Shown: positions 41,892 through 54,767 of the stretch, piece by piece
Position numbering within the stretch: position 1 is the stretch's first letter
How the letters are laid out: each line of letters begins with the position of its first letter
NCBI GenBank assembly: GCA_951406725.2
Contig: OX597817.1
Location: forward strand, 107,446,001 to 107,510,000
DNA length: 64,000 nt
Reading direction: 5' to 3'
From: Octopus vulgaris
Lineage: Eukaryota
The notes under the pieces: model-generated
What the model was told of the DNA's origin: nothing
The model's input: only the letters and a program-made list of their open reading frames with translations
The model's database searches: none
Translations under genes and position numbers: made by a program

Positions 41892-42221
41892 ACTTTCTCA
41901 CTTCCCGGGCGTTAAACTAATACAGCTGTTTGTTGTTTACACACCCGTCTTCGTCTTTTGCTTTTTGTTTTGTAAATTCTCACTATATTTATATATATAT
42001 ATATACACACATACATATATTTATACAGGACTGACCCAAGGGGGAGAGTAAGTAGAAGGTGCCCCCTAAAGAAAAGAAGTGTTCCTTCTAAGTAATGTTA
42101 TTACGCCCTTTTTCTCCTGGAATTATATCCCTTCTGACCTTGTGCTCTCCCTTTGAAAAATTCGTGGGACCGCGCCTGATATGTGTGTGTGTGTGTTTGT
42201 GTATACATATATACATAGACA

Positions 42222-42294
<73 letters not shown>

Positions 42295-42581
42295 ATAAGA
42301 TCGTTATTTAAAATATCGATCTTATCAAGTGGCCAGCATGGGAACAAAAACCGTCAAACGTAATAATTATTATTAAAATTATAATTTAGGGTATCTAAGA
42401 GATACCACCACGCTGGAAATAGCCGCCAAAACCTGACTCCAAAACCACATTAAATGTTCATACAGCACCATGGGTCGATAAATTAAGTACCAGTTACGCA
42501 CTGGGGTCGATGTAATCGACTTAATACCTCTGTTTGTCCCCTCTATGTTTAGCCCCTTATGGGCAATAAAGAAATAAAAAT

Positions 42582-42821
42582 AAGGATTGTCTGAACTGTA
42601 AGATATATTGATATGTTAAAGATATTAAAATATATAGAAATATAAAATTATATGAATACTAAAAATATACATGGACATATAGGTATATAAATATACATAT
42701 GTGTATGTGCGCGCGCGCGCGTGTGTCCCCAAGTATATATTTAGTATTCATATATTTTTATATTTCTATATATTTTTACGTCTCTAATATATCAATACAT
42801 GTTTCAGTCTGGACAATCCTT
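42582..42821. repeat. Imperfect inverted repeat with arms of about 90 bp
   Basis: AAGGATTGTCTGAACTG..TATATAGAAATATAAAA..ATGAATACTAAA (42582-42674) against TTTAGTATTCAT..TTTTATATTTCTATATA..CAGTCTGGACAATCCTT (42729-42821). Confidence 0.8.
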
Positions 42822-42902
42822 CTTTTATCCTACCTAAACCCATATATGTATGTGTTAATCGTAGTCTGCCTGATTTGAACTTTTTCCATTCTATCCACTA
42901 TA

Positions 42903-42982
<80 letters not shown>

Positions 42983-43026
42983 TAATAAGAGAGACGGAAG
43001 ATGGAAGATACAAGAATCTTTATTGA

Positions 43027-43075
43027 TCACTACAACTGTTTCTCGACCCATCTAGCATCGAGCCCACGCAGGTGA
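43027..43075 (-). ncRNA. Decayed minimal hammerhead motif
   Basis: Minus strand reads TCAC-CTGCGTG-ggc-TCGA-loop-TCGA-GAAA-CAGTTG-TA-GTGA. The stems are retained but the CUGANGA core is mutated. Confidence 0.35.
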
Positions 43076-43376
43076 GATACTGCACATCTGGTTTAAGTGT
43101 ATCTCTCGGTGTAGATGTGTCTACTCACATGATTTCAAGAGGTATCTCGTTAAATTTAACTCTGTTTCGCAAGATTTCTTCTTGTCTTCGTATATAGAAA
43201 TGGTAATTTAAGGTATACGACTGCATTCTTAAAGAAGATCCAAAACGAATATCAGATACAAAAAGAAAGAAATACACAAAAAAAGTATCAGATATAACCG
43301 TTAGTCGATATCGATGTACAAACGCCCACACATGAGTGGTCTGTTGCACGTACACTCGCCCGTACAAACGCACACG

Positions 43377-43440
<64 letters not shown>

Positions 43441-43572
43441 ATTAAGTAGATATGAATAAAGTCAATACCTATTACTGTCTAATGGTACAACTCCGCTTGG
43501 TGAGGAGTCACTGATTCTGTGGTGCGGTTCACTGGGTCTGGCTGGTACACTTATAGCAGTTGTATATACATA

Positions 43573-43732
43573 TAGGCGTGGTTGTGTGGCAAGAAGCTTC
43601 CAAACCACATGGTTCCGGGTTCAGTCCCACTGCGTGGCATCTTGGGCAAGTGTCTTCTACTACTGCTTCGGGCCGGCGAAAGCCTTGTGAGTAGATCTGG
43701 TAAATGGAAACTGATAGGAGACCGTCGTATAT
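43573..43732 (+). mobile_element. SINE family B, 5' part
   Basis: GGCGTGGTTGTGTGGCAAGAAGC..GGTTCCGGGTTCAGTCCCACTGCGTGGCA..GGAAACTGA. Confidence 0.85.
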
Positions 43733-43736
43733 ATAT

Positions 43737-44217
43737 AATGGACTGAACTGAACCGTAACTAACCTGTGCAACCTTTGGTAACTCAGTGATGGCGATTCGA
43801 CGATTTCCCCTCACAGCTGCGCGCACATGTGCGATGTTTTTCTCAGTTCTGCTGGTTGTGGGTCTCCATGAACGTTCGTCGATATCGACATTTTTTCGGC
43901 CATCTTGGAAACATCTGAACCACTTGTATACTTGTGTGTGGCTCATAAACTCCTCTCCATAAACTTTCTGCAGTTTTAACTAGGCCTCTAAGCAGGTATC
44001 ACCATGACAACTTTCTCTGTCATGGTCAGTGCGACGATCACACGCTACACACCTTCTTTCCAAGTACTGCTGTAAACAGCGGAAGTGAGCTAGGACGTTA
44101 AAACTTAGTGCACATGAACAGCAGAGACCAAGGTCAATCTTTGCCGAGCGGCTTCACTCTGCGTGTTTTAGCTTTGTTACTATGGCAAAAGTCCGGATAC
44201 TTATTGATGAGACCTCG
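43737..44217 (-). mobile_element. mariner 5' half (TIR + HTH domain of the transposase)
   Basis: TA|CGAGGTCTCATCAATAAGTATCCGGACT terminus and MSHTQVYKWFRCFQDGRKNVDIDERSWRPTTS..VSYGSVQSII. Confidence 0.85.
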
Positions 44218-44278
44218 TACATACACGCACACACGCGCGCGCGCACATACAACGAACGCGCGCGCACACATACAACGA

Positions 44279-44358
<80 letters not shown>

Positions 44359-44989
44359 GTTCAGGCTTTGTTTTAGTTGCTTGGCACAAGCGTTCTATAT
44401 TTTAAAGGAAGAAGTAATAGACACTTTGACATTTACAATTATGTTATCAGTCAATATAAAGGTGCCCAGAAGGTATGCCACGCTCTCATCCTGAAAATGC
44501 ATTTGTGAGTAAACCTTGGACGAAAAGTGTTCTAGCCATGAACATCCCATCATTTTCCTTGAACAGTGCACATTTCAAGAAAAACATTTGGAAGAGAAAA
44601 TTTTATGTATATATAGTTACACACATATCAATCAATCGATCAATAAGTCTCTCCCTCTCTCTCTCTCTCTACACACACACATATATATATATATGTATGT
44701 ATGTATGCATGCATGCATGTGTGTGTGTATGTATGTATGTACGTATATTAATCAAAGTATATAGCAATATTGATCCATTACAGTCGAACTTACTAATCGG
44801 TTTCACACCGGATATTAGATTACTGGATCGTTATCTAATAACTGTGCTCATCAGATATGGTAGGTATGGAATGTGTGGGAGTGTGTATATGTGCATGTAT
44901 GGTATATGTCTGTCTGTCTGTATGTATGTATGTATGCATGTATGTATGTATGTATGTATGTGTATATATATGTGTGTATGTGTGTGTAT

Positions 44990-45397
44990 CTCTTTTTACT
45001 CTTTTACATGTTTCAGTTATTTGACTGTGGCCATGCTGTATGTATATATATGCGACGGGCTTCTTTCAGTTTCCGTTTACTAAATCCACTCACAAGGCTT
45101 TGGTCGGCCCGAGCCTATAGTAGAAGAAACTTGCCCAAGGTACCACTCAGTAGGACTGAACCAGGAAACATGTGGTTGGGAAACAAGCTTCTTACCACAA
45201 AGCCATACTTTACATACATACACACATAGTATATACACACATAGCCTTTAGTCGAGCAAATCGACCCAGGACTTATTCTTTGTAAGCCTAGTACTTATTC
45301 TATCGGTCTCTTTTGCCGAACCGCTACGTTACGGTGACGTAAACACCAGCATCGGTTGTCAAGCGATGTTGGGGGGGGGGGACAAACACACACACAC

Positions 45398-45452
<55 letters not shown>

Positions 45453-46084
45453 ACGGGCTTCTTTCAGTTTCCGTCTACCAAATCCACTCACAAGGCTTTG
45501 GTCGACCCCAGGCTATAGTAGAAGACAATTGACCAAGGTGCCACGTAGTGAGATTGAATCCGGAACCATGTGGTTGGTAAACAAGCTAATTACCACACAG
45601 CCACTCCTACGCCTATGTACCTAATTTTATGTATTCCACCATATGAAGAGGAAAGGGTGTAATTTGAAGGACGTTTAGCAATTATTACTAATAAGTCAAG
45701 CAACCAGGTAGACATTTCCTTGAGTGCTGGGCTGAAAATAGGTAGCGGTGAGGAGGGGTGTATAACACAATAACAGCAGGTTAGCAGGGGATGAAAGACA
45801 AAAGAGATAGTTTGATAGGGGTTGAACGTACAAAGATAAGGAAGGAAATTAAATACTTCAAAGCATTCAAGTAAACTATGTAGATTCATCTCAAATTTGC
45901 AGAAATTGGCCCCAGGCGTGATTGTGTGGTTAAAAAACTTGCTTCCCTACTACGTGGTCTTAGATTCAGTACCACTAAGTGGCACTCGGTCAAGTGTTTT
46001 CTACAATAGCTTCAGGCTCGACCAAAGCCTTATGAGTGGATTTGGTAGACGGAAACTGAAAGAATCTCGTCGTATATATATAAT

Positions 46085-46136
<52 letters not shown>

Positions 46137-46520
46137 TGTCTATTTATGTTATTTTTGTCTTCCATCACCGCCTGACAACCGGTATTGGTTTGTTTACGCC
46201 CACGTAGCCTAGTGGTTTGGCAAAAGAGACCGATAGTGTTAATACCAGGTTTATTACATCCATCTATACAAACATACATAAATTTATGCATACATACATA
46301 TATACATACATACAAATTTCAGCAGACTGCGGTCATGCTGGAGCACCACCTTTTGGTGGTGCTCCAGAATTTTTGGTCGAACTCATCGACCCAAGTACTT
46401 ATTTTCTTTTTAAGCTCGGTACTTATACTATCAGTCACTTTTGCCGGACCGCTAAGTTACAGGGACGCTAGCACACCAACACCGGACGTCAAACGTTGGT
46501 GGGGGGACAAACACAAACAC
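44990..46520. mobile_element. Cluster of SINE family B copies (44990-45205 -, 45244-45613 -, 45910-46260 +, 46320-46520 -)
   Basis: Repeated family B head, body and tail motifs in both orientations. Confidence 0.85.
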
Positions 46521-46686
46521 TTCTCCCCGCACACACACACACAAACACAGACACTTCTCCCCGCACACACACACACAAACACACACACACACACACACAC
46601 TCACACACACATCATCTCGAGACAAAACCCTTCAATCAAAGTATTGCCCCAACATGGCCTCTGCCCAATGACTGAAACGTATAATA

Positions 46687-46946
46687 AATAATAATAAAAG
46701 CACCCTTTTAAAGCCTAGCCAGGTTCATGGGCCCGGTTTCCCGGTTTCTATGGCGTATGTGTTCCCCAGCTGGACTGGACGCCAGTCTATCGCAGCGTTA
46801 CTCATTTTTGCCAGCTGAGTGGACTAGAACAACGTGAAATGAAATGTTTTGCTCAAGAACACAACGCATCACTCGGTCCAGGAATCGAAACCACAATCTT
46901 ACGATCATGGTACTGACATCCTAACCACTAAGCCACGCGTCTCCAC
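46687..46946 (-). mobile_element. tRNA-derived SINE (family C-related head and core, different tail) with a 16-bp TSD
   Basis: Head GTGGAGACGCGTGGCTTAGTGGTTAGG..GGTTTCGATTCC. TSD ACTGAAACGTATAATA at 46671-46686 and 46947-46962. Confidence 0.9.
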
Positions 46947-49724
46947 ACTGAAACGTATAATATAAAAGTAGAGATAAAAAGTAAAATTCAAGCTAAAAGC
47001 ATGCCAGAAGGAGAGTAAGTAAGCTATCAAACATTAATTTCAGTTTCTCGTTGTAAGCATGTTGCGGATATACTGCAATATTACTCTTGGGAAATGTACA
47101 AATTCTACAATATCCAGTTGTTAGGTTGTTTTATCGAAACAAAAGGATCCTATTAATATATTTACAAGTGAGTACCCATGGAAAATCCATGGGTCATAAA
47201 TATTCAGTTTTATAGTTAATTACTTGTGGTAAACTATATTGAAAGGGATTAATTGAATAAAATGCATGTTCGTTTTTAGAATTTAATAAATAATTTTAAA
47301 AAATATTTATTCTCAAGCATATATCTGCAAACACACGTAGTATGAATGTGCGTGTGTATACATGTGTGTGTGTGTTTTTTGTGCACGCACGTGTCAGTGC
47401 ATGTATATATGTATGTATGTTATATAATATATATGTATTATAACACATAGGTATATATAACATATACGTTTATAAAATTCATCCATGCACACACAAACGC
47501 GCGCGTGCACACACACAAACCCACATACAAACGGATATTGAACATACCTACATACATGCATAAATACATACATACACACATGCTCGTACACGCATATTAT
47601 ACATCGATGGTGTGCAAGCATTTCTATTCATTATTCAACCAACTAAACGGCCTGTCAGTGTTTCCAGGATGTACAGAGATATTAAAGTATATCATAGCTC
47701 AGCAAACTAATCGACATGCAGTATTTGCATGAAATTCAGACAGCGAAAGTACTATTGCAGCTAATTACCTGTGGTGTGCATTTTGGGAGAATGGACTAGT
47801 AGAGTGCTAGACGCACACAACTAATATTAGTAAATAATATGTCGTATAGTTGGTAAAAAGTAAGCCCCAAGAAAACTAAGGTCGCGATCTGAACCTGTCT
47901 CACTTTATTTGCTTCGAACACTCTATTTAGAAGCTTAACCATGTTGCCTTTATGCAGTCAATCTATTAGAACTAGCGCCGAAATTTCCTTCAACTCACAC
48001 ACAACCGACTTAATCAAACTAAAGGACAGATTTTGTATCCATGATACAAGATACCAGGAAAAGTGATAGGGTAGTCACAGTTGTAACTCCTTTAATCACA
48101 GGCCTGATTGATTGGGTTGATCTTGAGTTAAAAACCAGAAGTAGTAACAACAACAATATATTTTATAAAAACACAACTCTTAATTTTGTCATTCTTATAT
48201 GTCTTAAGCTTCCTGCGTTCCTCCATTAAATCGTTATTATACACCAACATAATAACTACAGCAAAAGATTGGCAGACTATGCACGGAAACGAATTTGCTT
48301 TAAAAAGGCTAATTGGCGGGACAGATAGCCTCAGCGTCAATTTTGTGGTAGAAGGAGCTTTAAAACAATAAAGAGAAAGAAAAAAGGATTCCTCCTGTCC
48401 ATAAAAGGCCACAAAATGTGAATAACAAACAAACTGCAAGTCAGAGAGCCAAAGCAATTAGATATTTTTACTTTAACGCTTGTGGTTTGTTTCAGGCTGT
48501 TGGTGAATGTAGTAAATAGAAGACATCTATTGACATTCTACTATGAGTAGGGAAAATAAATCGATAGATGAACACAAGTCAATCAATGAAATGGGAGCGA
48601 AAATCAATAAAGAAGCAGCAAGTTTAGTGGAGGTAGTATTTAAGAGAAACACCAGGAGATACAATTGCGGAAATCAAGCTGACAGAGATGTATTTACTTT
48701 CAAAGGAAGATGAATGTATTTTCACAAACCTCCGTGGTCCACAGATTATCTCCGCTACCAACGTTGTTAAGAGACGACTCTTTCATTGAACAGTATGCTA
48801 TTCTAAAGAGATGGCTTTTCCTGTAGAAAGATTTTTAATTGAGAACTGCAAGTCAAGAAAACTCTCGTCGGCTTTAGAATGAAGCTGTTGGTTTCGTATC
48901 GCTTAGGAGGGCAGGTGGTGACCGTAATCCTTTACAGAACTTGTGGGTTTAGTGGAAGAGAAGAATGTATCTTCAAACCGCGGACCTTCCCCTTTTAATA
49001 GAGTGAACCAACTCCACTAAAGGCACTTGAGGACTAGGTGTAGTGTTAAACGTGCGACGGGTTAAGTCTACCACCCAAGAAATGCCATGGCAGATTTCAA
49101 CACAGAGTGCAAAGGGCTGGAAAAAATACTGCAAATCATCCTATCTGACGATTCTTCTAGTCCCAGTCCATAGCCTTAAACGTGTACTATACTCATCATC
49201 TCCGAAAGATTGAATATTGATGCTCTATCGGCCGTACCATTCGCTGCCTACGTTGGTTAGTTGCTCATATACTGTGGTGTCTATTTACAGCTTAGAGCCA
49301 GGGCAAATATTAACCAGAGAGAGATTGACGGTGACAGAGTATACTTCCATATTTACTTCCCTATCTCTTGGATGATTGACCAGTGCCCCAGCAACACGGT
49401 TACCCATACTCTTTTTAAAGTAGGACAGATGAGTAAATCGATACATACCGGCAAGTTTGTAAATAATAAATAAGCGCAGAGAAATAAATCTGATTCATCA
49501 AATGCTGGATGGAATTCAGAATTTGGTCTTCTTTTGTTTTTATGTTGCTAGTCTAATACAATGAAATGATTTTACAGTGTTGAAGGGGGAAATGCTGGAC
49601 CACTAAACATTCTGTTGTCACTTGATATACGTGAAGCCTAAATGTAGATCAACCTCCCTGTAATGCTCTTGAAAAAGAATTAGAGGACATAATATTCCAT
49701 TCTCCTCTTCGTTGACCTTTTGCC

Positions 49725-50335
49725 TGGCGAGTTGGCAGAATCGTTAGCACGCCGGGCGAAAAGCGTAGCCGTATTTCGTCTGAGTTCAAATTCCGCCGAG
49801 GTCGACTTTGCCTTTCATCTTTTGGGGGTCGATAAATTAAGTACCAGTTACGCACTGGGGTCGATGTAACCGACTTAATCCCTCTGTCTGTCCTTGTTTG
49901 TCCCCTCTATGTTTAGTCTCTTGTGGGTAATAAAGAAACAGGTATTTCGTCTGCCGTTACGTTCTGAGTTCAAATTCCGTCGATGTCGACTTTGCCTTTC
50001 ATTCTTTCGGGATCGATTGAATAAGTACCAGTTACGCACTGGGATCGATGCAATCGACTTAATCCCTTTGTCTGTCCTTGTTTGTCCCTTCTATGTTTAG
50101 CTCCCTGTGAATAATAAAGAAATAAATATATAATATTTTAATATTATATAACAGTATGGCAGTTCGTCTGTCTTTACGTATTGAATTCAAATTCCGAATA
50201 GGTCGACTTTGTCTTTCATCCTATCGGGGTCAATAAAATAAGTTCCAGTTGAACACTGGGGTGGGGGAGGTCGATTAAATCGAATTACCCTTCCTCTAGA
50301 CTTGCTCACCGTGTGCCAAAATTTGAAATCAATAT
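49725..50335 (+). mobile_element. Head-to-tail dimer of SINE family A (49725-50125) followed by another family A copy
   Basis: The second unit starts GGTATTTCGTCTGCC at 49941, directly after AATAAAGAAACA. Confidence 0.88.
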
Positions 50336-50967
50336 TATATAACAATATATTATTTCAAATTTTATAAAATAATATATTTTAAATTTGCTGGTACAAATAG
50401 TTGTACATGAAGATCCAGTTATAAGCAAATACATACACAAAATACTAAGGATCATTAGTCAATGAGGAAACGTCTCTAGAATCGCTCTACTTTCGAGAAA
50501 TTGTAGCCAATTCAGCCTCAAATTACATCCTGCAGAAAATATAAGGCGGTCAAAACATGAATGCTCAATAAAATTTGCCTTGTGGTAAAACAATAACAGC
50601 AGCAACATTTTGAAAGAATGGTTAAAAAGTTCGCTTCGCAGTCATCAGGTCTGTCAGTCGAAGGAAGAGTTGGGAGAAAGAGGAAGAAAAACTGAACATG
50701 CTTAGCGCAGGGTAATATGATTTGGGTGAAAGGAGAGAGAGAGAGCAAGCGAGAGAGAGAGAATGGGTGTAATTGTGTTTACCGAAGGAAACGCAGCTTC
50801 GACATAGCCACTTATCCACATGGTTACACCGACGAATGTAAGATAAAAAGATGGATGGTGAAATATATCGCTAGGCACTTAAACTGAAATACCAGCTCAA
50901 AAGCTGTGATCCTTATTTAGTGTTTTTAATTATTTCTTTATTAGGTTTACATATCCGTATTGTCAGA

Positions 50968-51119
<152 letters not shown>

Positions 51120-51549
51120 ACTGAAATGAAAATAATCTTGACTGATAAATAACTAAGCCTTGTTTCTCATAAATATGGTGGTGCAGGTGGTGGTCGTCAT
51201 GCCAGATGGGATATTTATTAAGCAACTCTTTTTCTGTGTTTTTCTTATACTGCCCATCATTTTACCAAGCGCTTTTGTGCAATTAATTATCGTCTGCTCA
51301 ATTGGGTAAGGGATTTTTATAGCATTTTTTCTCCAAATAACTGTATTAAGATTTGTTATAATTTAACGAACGAATAGTAGCAGATTAATGTTAGAGATAA
51401 TGTCTTCCATTTTGCTCCATGGTTAAAATTGTTTACCTCACGTAAAGTGAAATATAAAAGATAATTTACAAAATAGAAGACGTATGAATATAGAGATGTT
51501 GTTTGAGAGTTGTTTTTTGAGATTGGGCCTTCAATGCAACTTAACACTA

Positions 51550-51850
51550 ACGGTTGTTCCTTCCCGTATCCGCTTCAAGATCCTGGGACACAAATCCTTT
51601 GTGCACCCAATCTACACCTCCCAGAACAAGTTGATACGGCTATTGTTTTTTTTAACCCTTTTCATATTGCAGCATGTGGTGGTCTTATTCGCGCCAAGCA
51701 CCAAGCGCGTATTTGTATTGGACTCACGAATATGAGGAAAGTTGATTGATGGTTGCCTCTGATAGGACCCTATGGAGGAGGTGCCTGAGGACTCTATCCC
51801 CGCAACACTCTCAGGAATAATGGGCGCAGAAGATAGATGGATTGATTGAT
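51550..51850 (+). mobile_element. RTE-like LINE 3' fragment
   Basis: RIRFKILGH.. and VASDRTLWRRC (A.DR..WR motif) followed by a GAT-rich tail. Confidence 0.45.
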
Positions 51851-53557
51851 ACTATACTACCTATGTGGACATTTATACCATTTCAAGAATCAAACGCTTC
51901 AGAAAAATATACATTTCTATCCTACAATTTAAAAAAAAAGCATAGAATTTCCACGGTTTTGCTAGTAATATTACAAATAGGTCGTGTCTTCGATTTATTT
52001 CCATTATTGAGATTTTTATTGCTATACGCAAAGATAAAAATAATAACAAGTCTCAAGGTAGAATAGGAGATATGAATATAACAAAGAATATAATTTTTAA
52101 ATACCTTCTCTCATACGACTACAAATTCAGAACTATCTTTTCAGACTTTACACCGTCTCAAGAAGCAAGTCATTCAGAAAAATTTCAAGACATCATGTAA
52201 TTTCATGTTCCAACAATCTTATAGTTTTCAAAATAAGCATAGAATATCCATGGATAATGTTAATATATATAATTAATATATGTTTAATTCATATGCTTGA
52301 ATTATATAAATTCATGTATCTCTGTATATTTTTCATAGAAATTTTTAGTTTGGGGCGTCTGTATGTTTTCATATTCTATGGAAAGTCGCTGCGAAACAAA
52401 TAAACGAAATGCAAAAATGTTCAGAATACACAGCCCTCCATTCTCACCGATGTCAACTAATCAACTCTAAGTAAAATATAAATCTTTGTAAGAGAAAAAA
52501 AAATCCTTTCCTGTATTATTGGCGTTTTCCGTCCTCTCCATTGGTTACTTAAGGAAGTATCAGAAATGTCTTATCGTCGTTTATTTAATCCCATTCACAT
52601 CTTGTATGTGAATATTCAATCTTCTTCGGTATTTGAATTGAAACTTTATTTTAACGATTTCCGAAAAGCGAAAAATAAAGATCACCGGCGGAATTTTAAT
52701 TCAAATCGTAGAGGGCTCTAATAATTTTGCCAATCTCGCGCTTGATAGTTTAAGAAATAGAGGAGTCGGAAGATTAATAGCAAAAGTAAAAACTTGAAAC
52801 TTCGATAAATGTGAATGACAACCAGTAACTTTGTTTGTCTAACGACAGCTGTCAAGTGGAACCAATCAGGTTGTAAATATTCTTTCTTATATTCACTTGA
52901 ATATATTACTAATTATCCTTTATGGATTCTAAAAGCGAAAAAAATCGCCTCTAAGTGATCAATCGAATAACTGGAAGTAACAAAAACTCTCCCTTGAGTC
53001 ACACTTCACTATCTTAACCACAACATGACACACTAGATAATATAATCCTAGATATACTCTATCTGAAAATAAAATCGATGCAATAGCTGTAATGCTTTTA
53101 GTCATAAGTCAGTTCAGTCAAGGAAAATCTGGAAGAACAGCCAACGTCATCCTTTATAGCACAAAAAATTCCCTGCTGTTATTATCACAGACATTTTTTC
53201 AACCATCATAATTAACACCATTATTACTAACTCCACCACCAACACAATTATCATTATTAACCAATAACTGAGGTTTAAGGCAGAGGATCTGAAGTTGAGA
53301 GACTGTGGTGGAAGATTAAAAGTTAGTTTTATAGACAAGAAAGGATAAAGCATGTTTGAAGAGTTGATATGATTGGTGCAGGTGGGGATATTGATGGCAT
53401 AGACAGTTCAGAACAGCAGACAATTTAGTCTCTCCTAGAAGAATGTCAAGTACTGGAGAAAGGTGTGTAGTGAAGTCACTGTGAATTACTATAGTTAGAC
53501 AGCTGGTAGTGGTCAGAGGAGTTCGGATATAGAAAGCAGACGGACTCAAAGGTGTTA

Positions 53558-53591
<34 letters not shown>

Positions 53592-54180
53592 CAGACAAAC
53601 AGACACAGAGAGAGGGAGAAAGGAAGACTAAGCCAGAGAGAGAGAGAAAGAGAGGGAGTCAGACAGACTGATTGACAGACAGACTGACAGAGAGAGACAG
53701 AGAGAGGGAAAGAGAAAGACTAAGTCAGAGAGACTAAGCCAAAGAGAGAAACTAAACCAAAAAGGGAGAGAAAAAAAGAGACTAAGCCAAAGATAGAGAG
53801 AGAGAGAGAGAGGACGAGAGTTACTGGGAAAGAAGACTAAACCAGATTAAATGGAAGTGCTTGTTGGTAATATGCAGGCAATAGAAGTAAATCGTAGGAT
53901 CCTATGTAATCGCAAGCATCATATTTCAAAATGCAATCGAAAATAAAGTGTTACTCGATAAAAGGAATGGGTTAAGGGTAGAAGTTCAAAGGCTGTCTGT
54001 GCATCGCAATGGAATAAGATATGTAGTTTGCATGTTATTATGAGGATTGGGAATAGAGGTATTGATGGACGAAAGTCTACGGATGTAGTTAAAATGGTTT
54101 ATCTAATTTGGCATTGGTTTTGGTTCGTCACGGTGTCCTGAAGGGGAGGAGAAGGGGAAATTACAGCTCCCATATGTTTC

Positions 54181-54767
54181 TTATTTCTTTATTGCACACA
54201 AGGGGCTAAACATAGAGGGGACAAACAAGGACAGACAAAGGGATTATGTCGATTACATCGACCCCAGTGCGTAACTGGTATTTAATTTATCTACCCCGAA
54301 AGGATGAAAGGCAAAGTCGACCTCAGCGGAATTTGAACTCACAACGTAACAACAAGCGAAATACCTATTTCTTTATTACCCACAAGGGGCTAAACATAGA
54401 GGGGACAAACAAGGACAGACATAGGTATTAAGTCGATTACATCGACCCCAGTGCGTAACTGGTACTTAATTTATCAACCCCAAAAGGATGAAAGGTAAAG
54501 TCGACCTCGGCGGAATTTGAACTCACAACGTAACGGCAGACGAAATCCCTATTTCTTTATTACCCACAAGGGGCTAAATACAGAGCGGACAAACAAGGAC
54601 TGACATAAGTATTAAGTCGATTACATCGATCCCAGTGCGTAACTGGTACTTAATTTATCGACCCCGAAAGGATGAAAGGCAAAGTCGACCTCGGCGGAAT
54701 TTGAACTCACAACGTAACGCAGACGAAATACCGCTAAGCTTTTCACCCGGCGTGCTAACGATTCTGC
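54181..54767 (-). mobile_element. Tandem trimer of SINE family A (184-bp period) with a 17-bp TSD
   Basis: Units start TATTTCTTTATT at 54182, 54366 and 54550. CAGCTCCCATATGTTTC flanks the array at 54164-54180 and 54768-54784. Confidence 0.92.

Noticed and set aside
53290-53560. Possible CR1 endonuclease remnant (LDILLGETKL)
   Set aside because: A single weak motif; too degraded to annotate.
54181-54767. Regularly spaced repeats resembling a CRISPR array or satellite
   Set aside because: They are contiguous 184-bp SINE units without unique spacers, in eukaryotic context with no cas genes.
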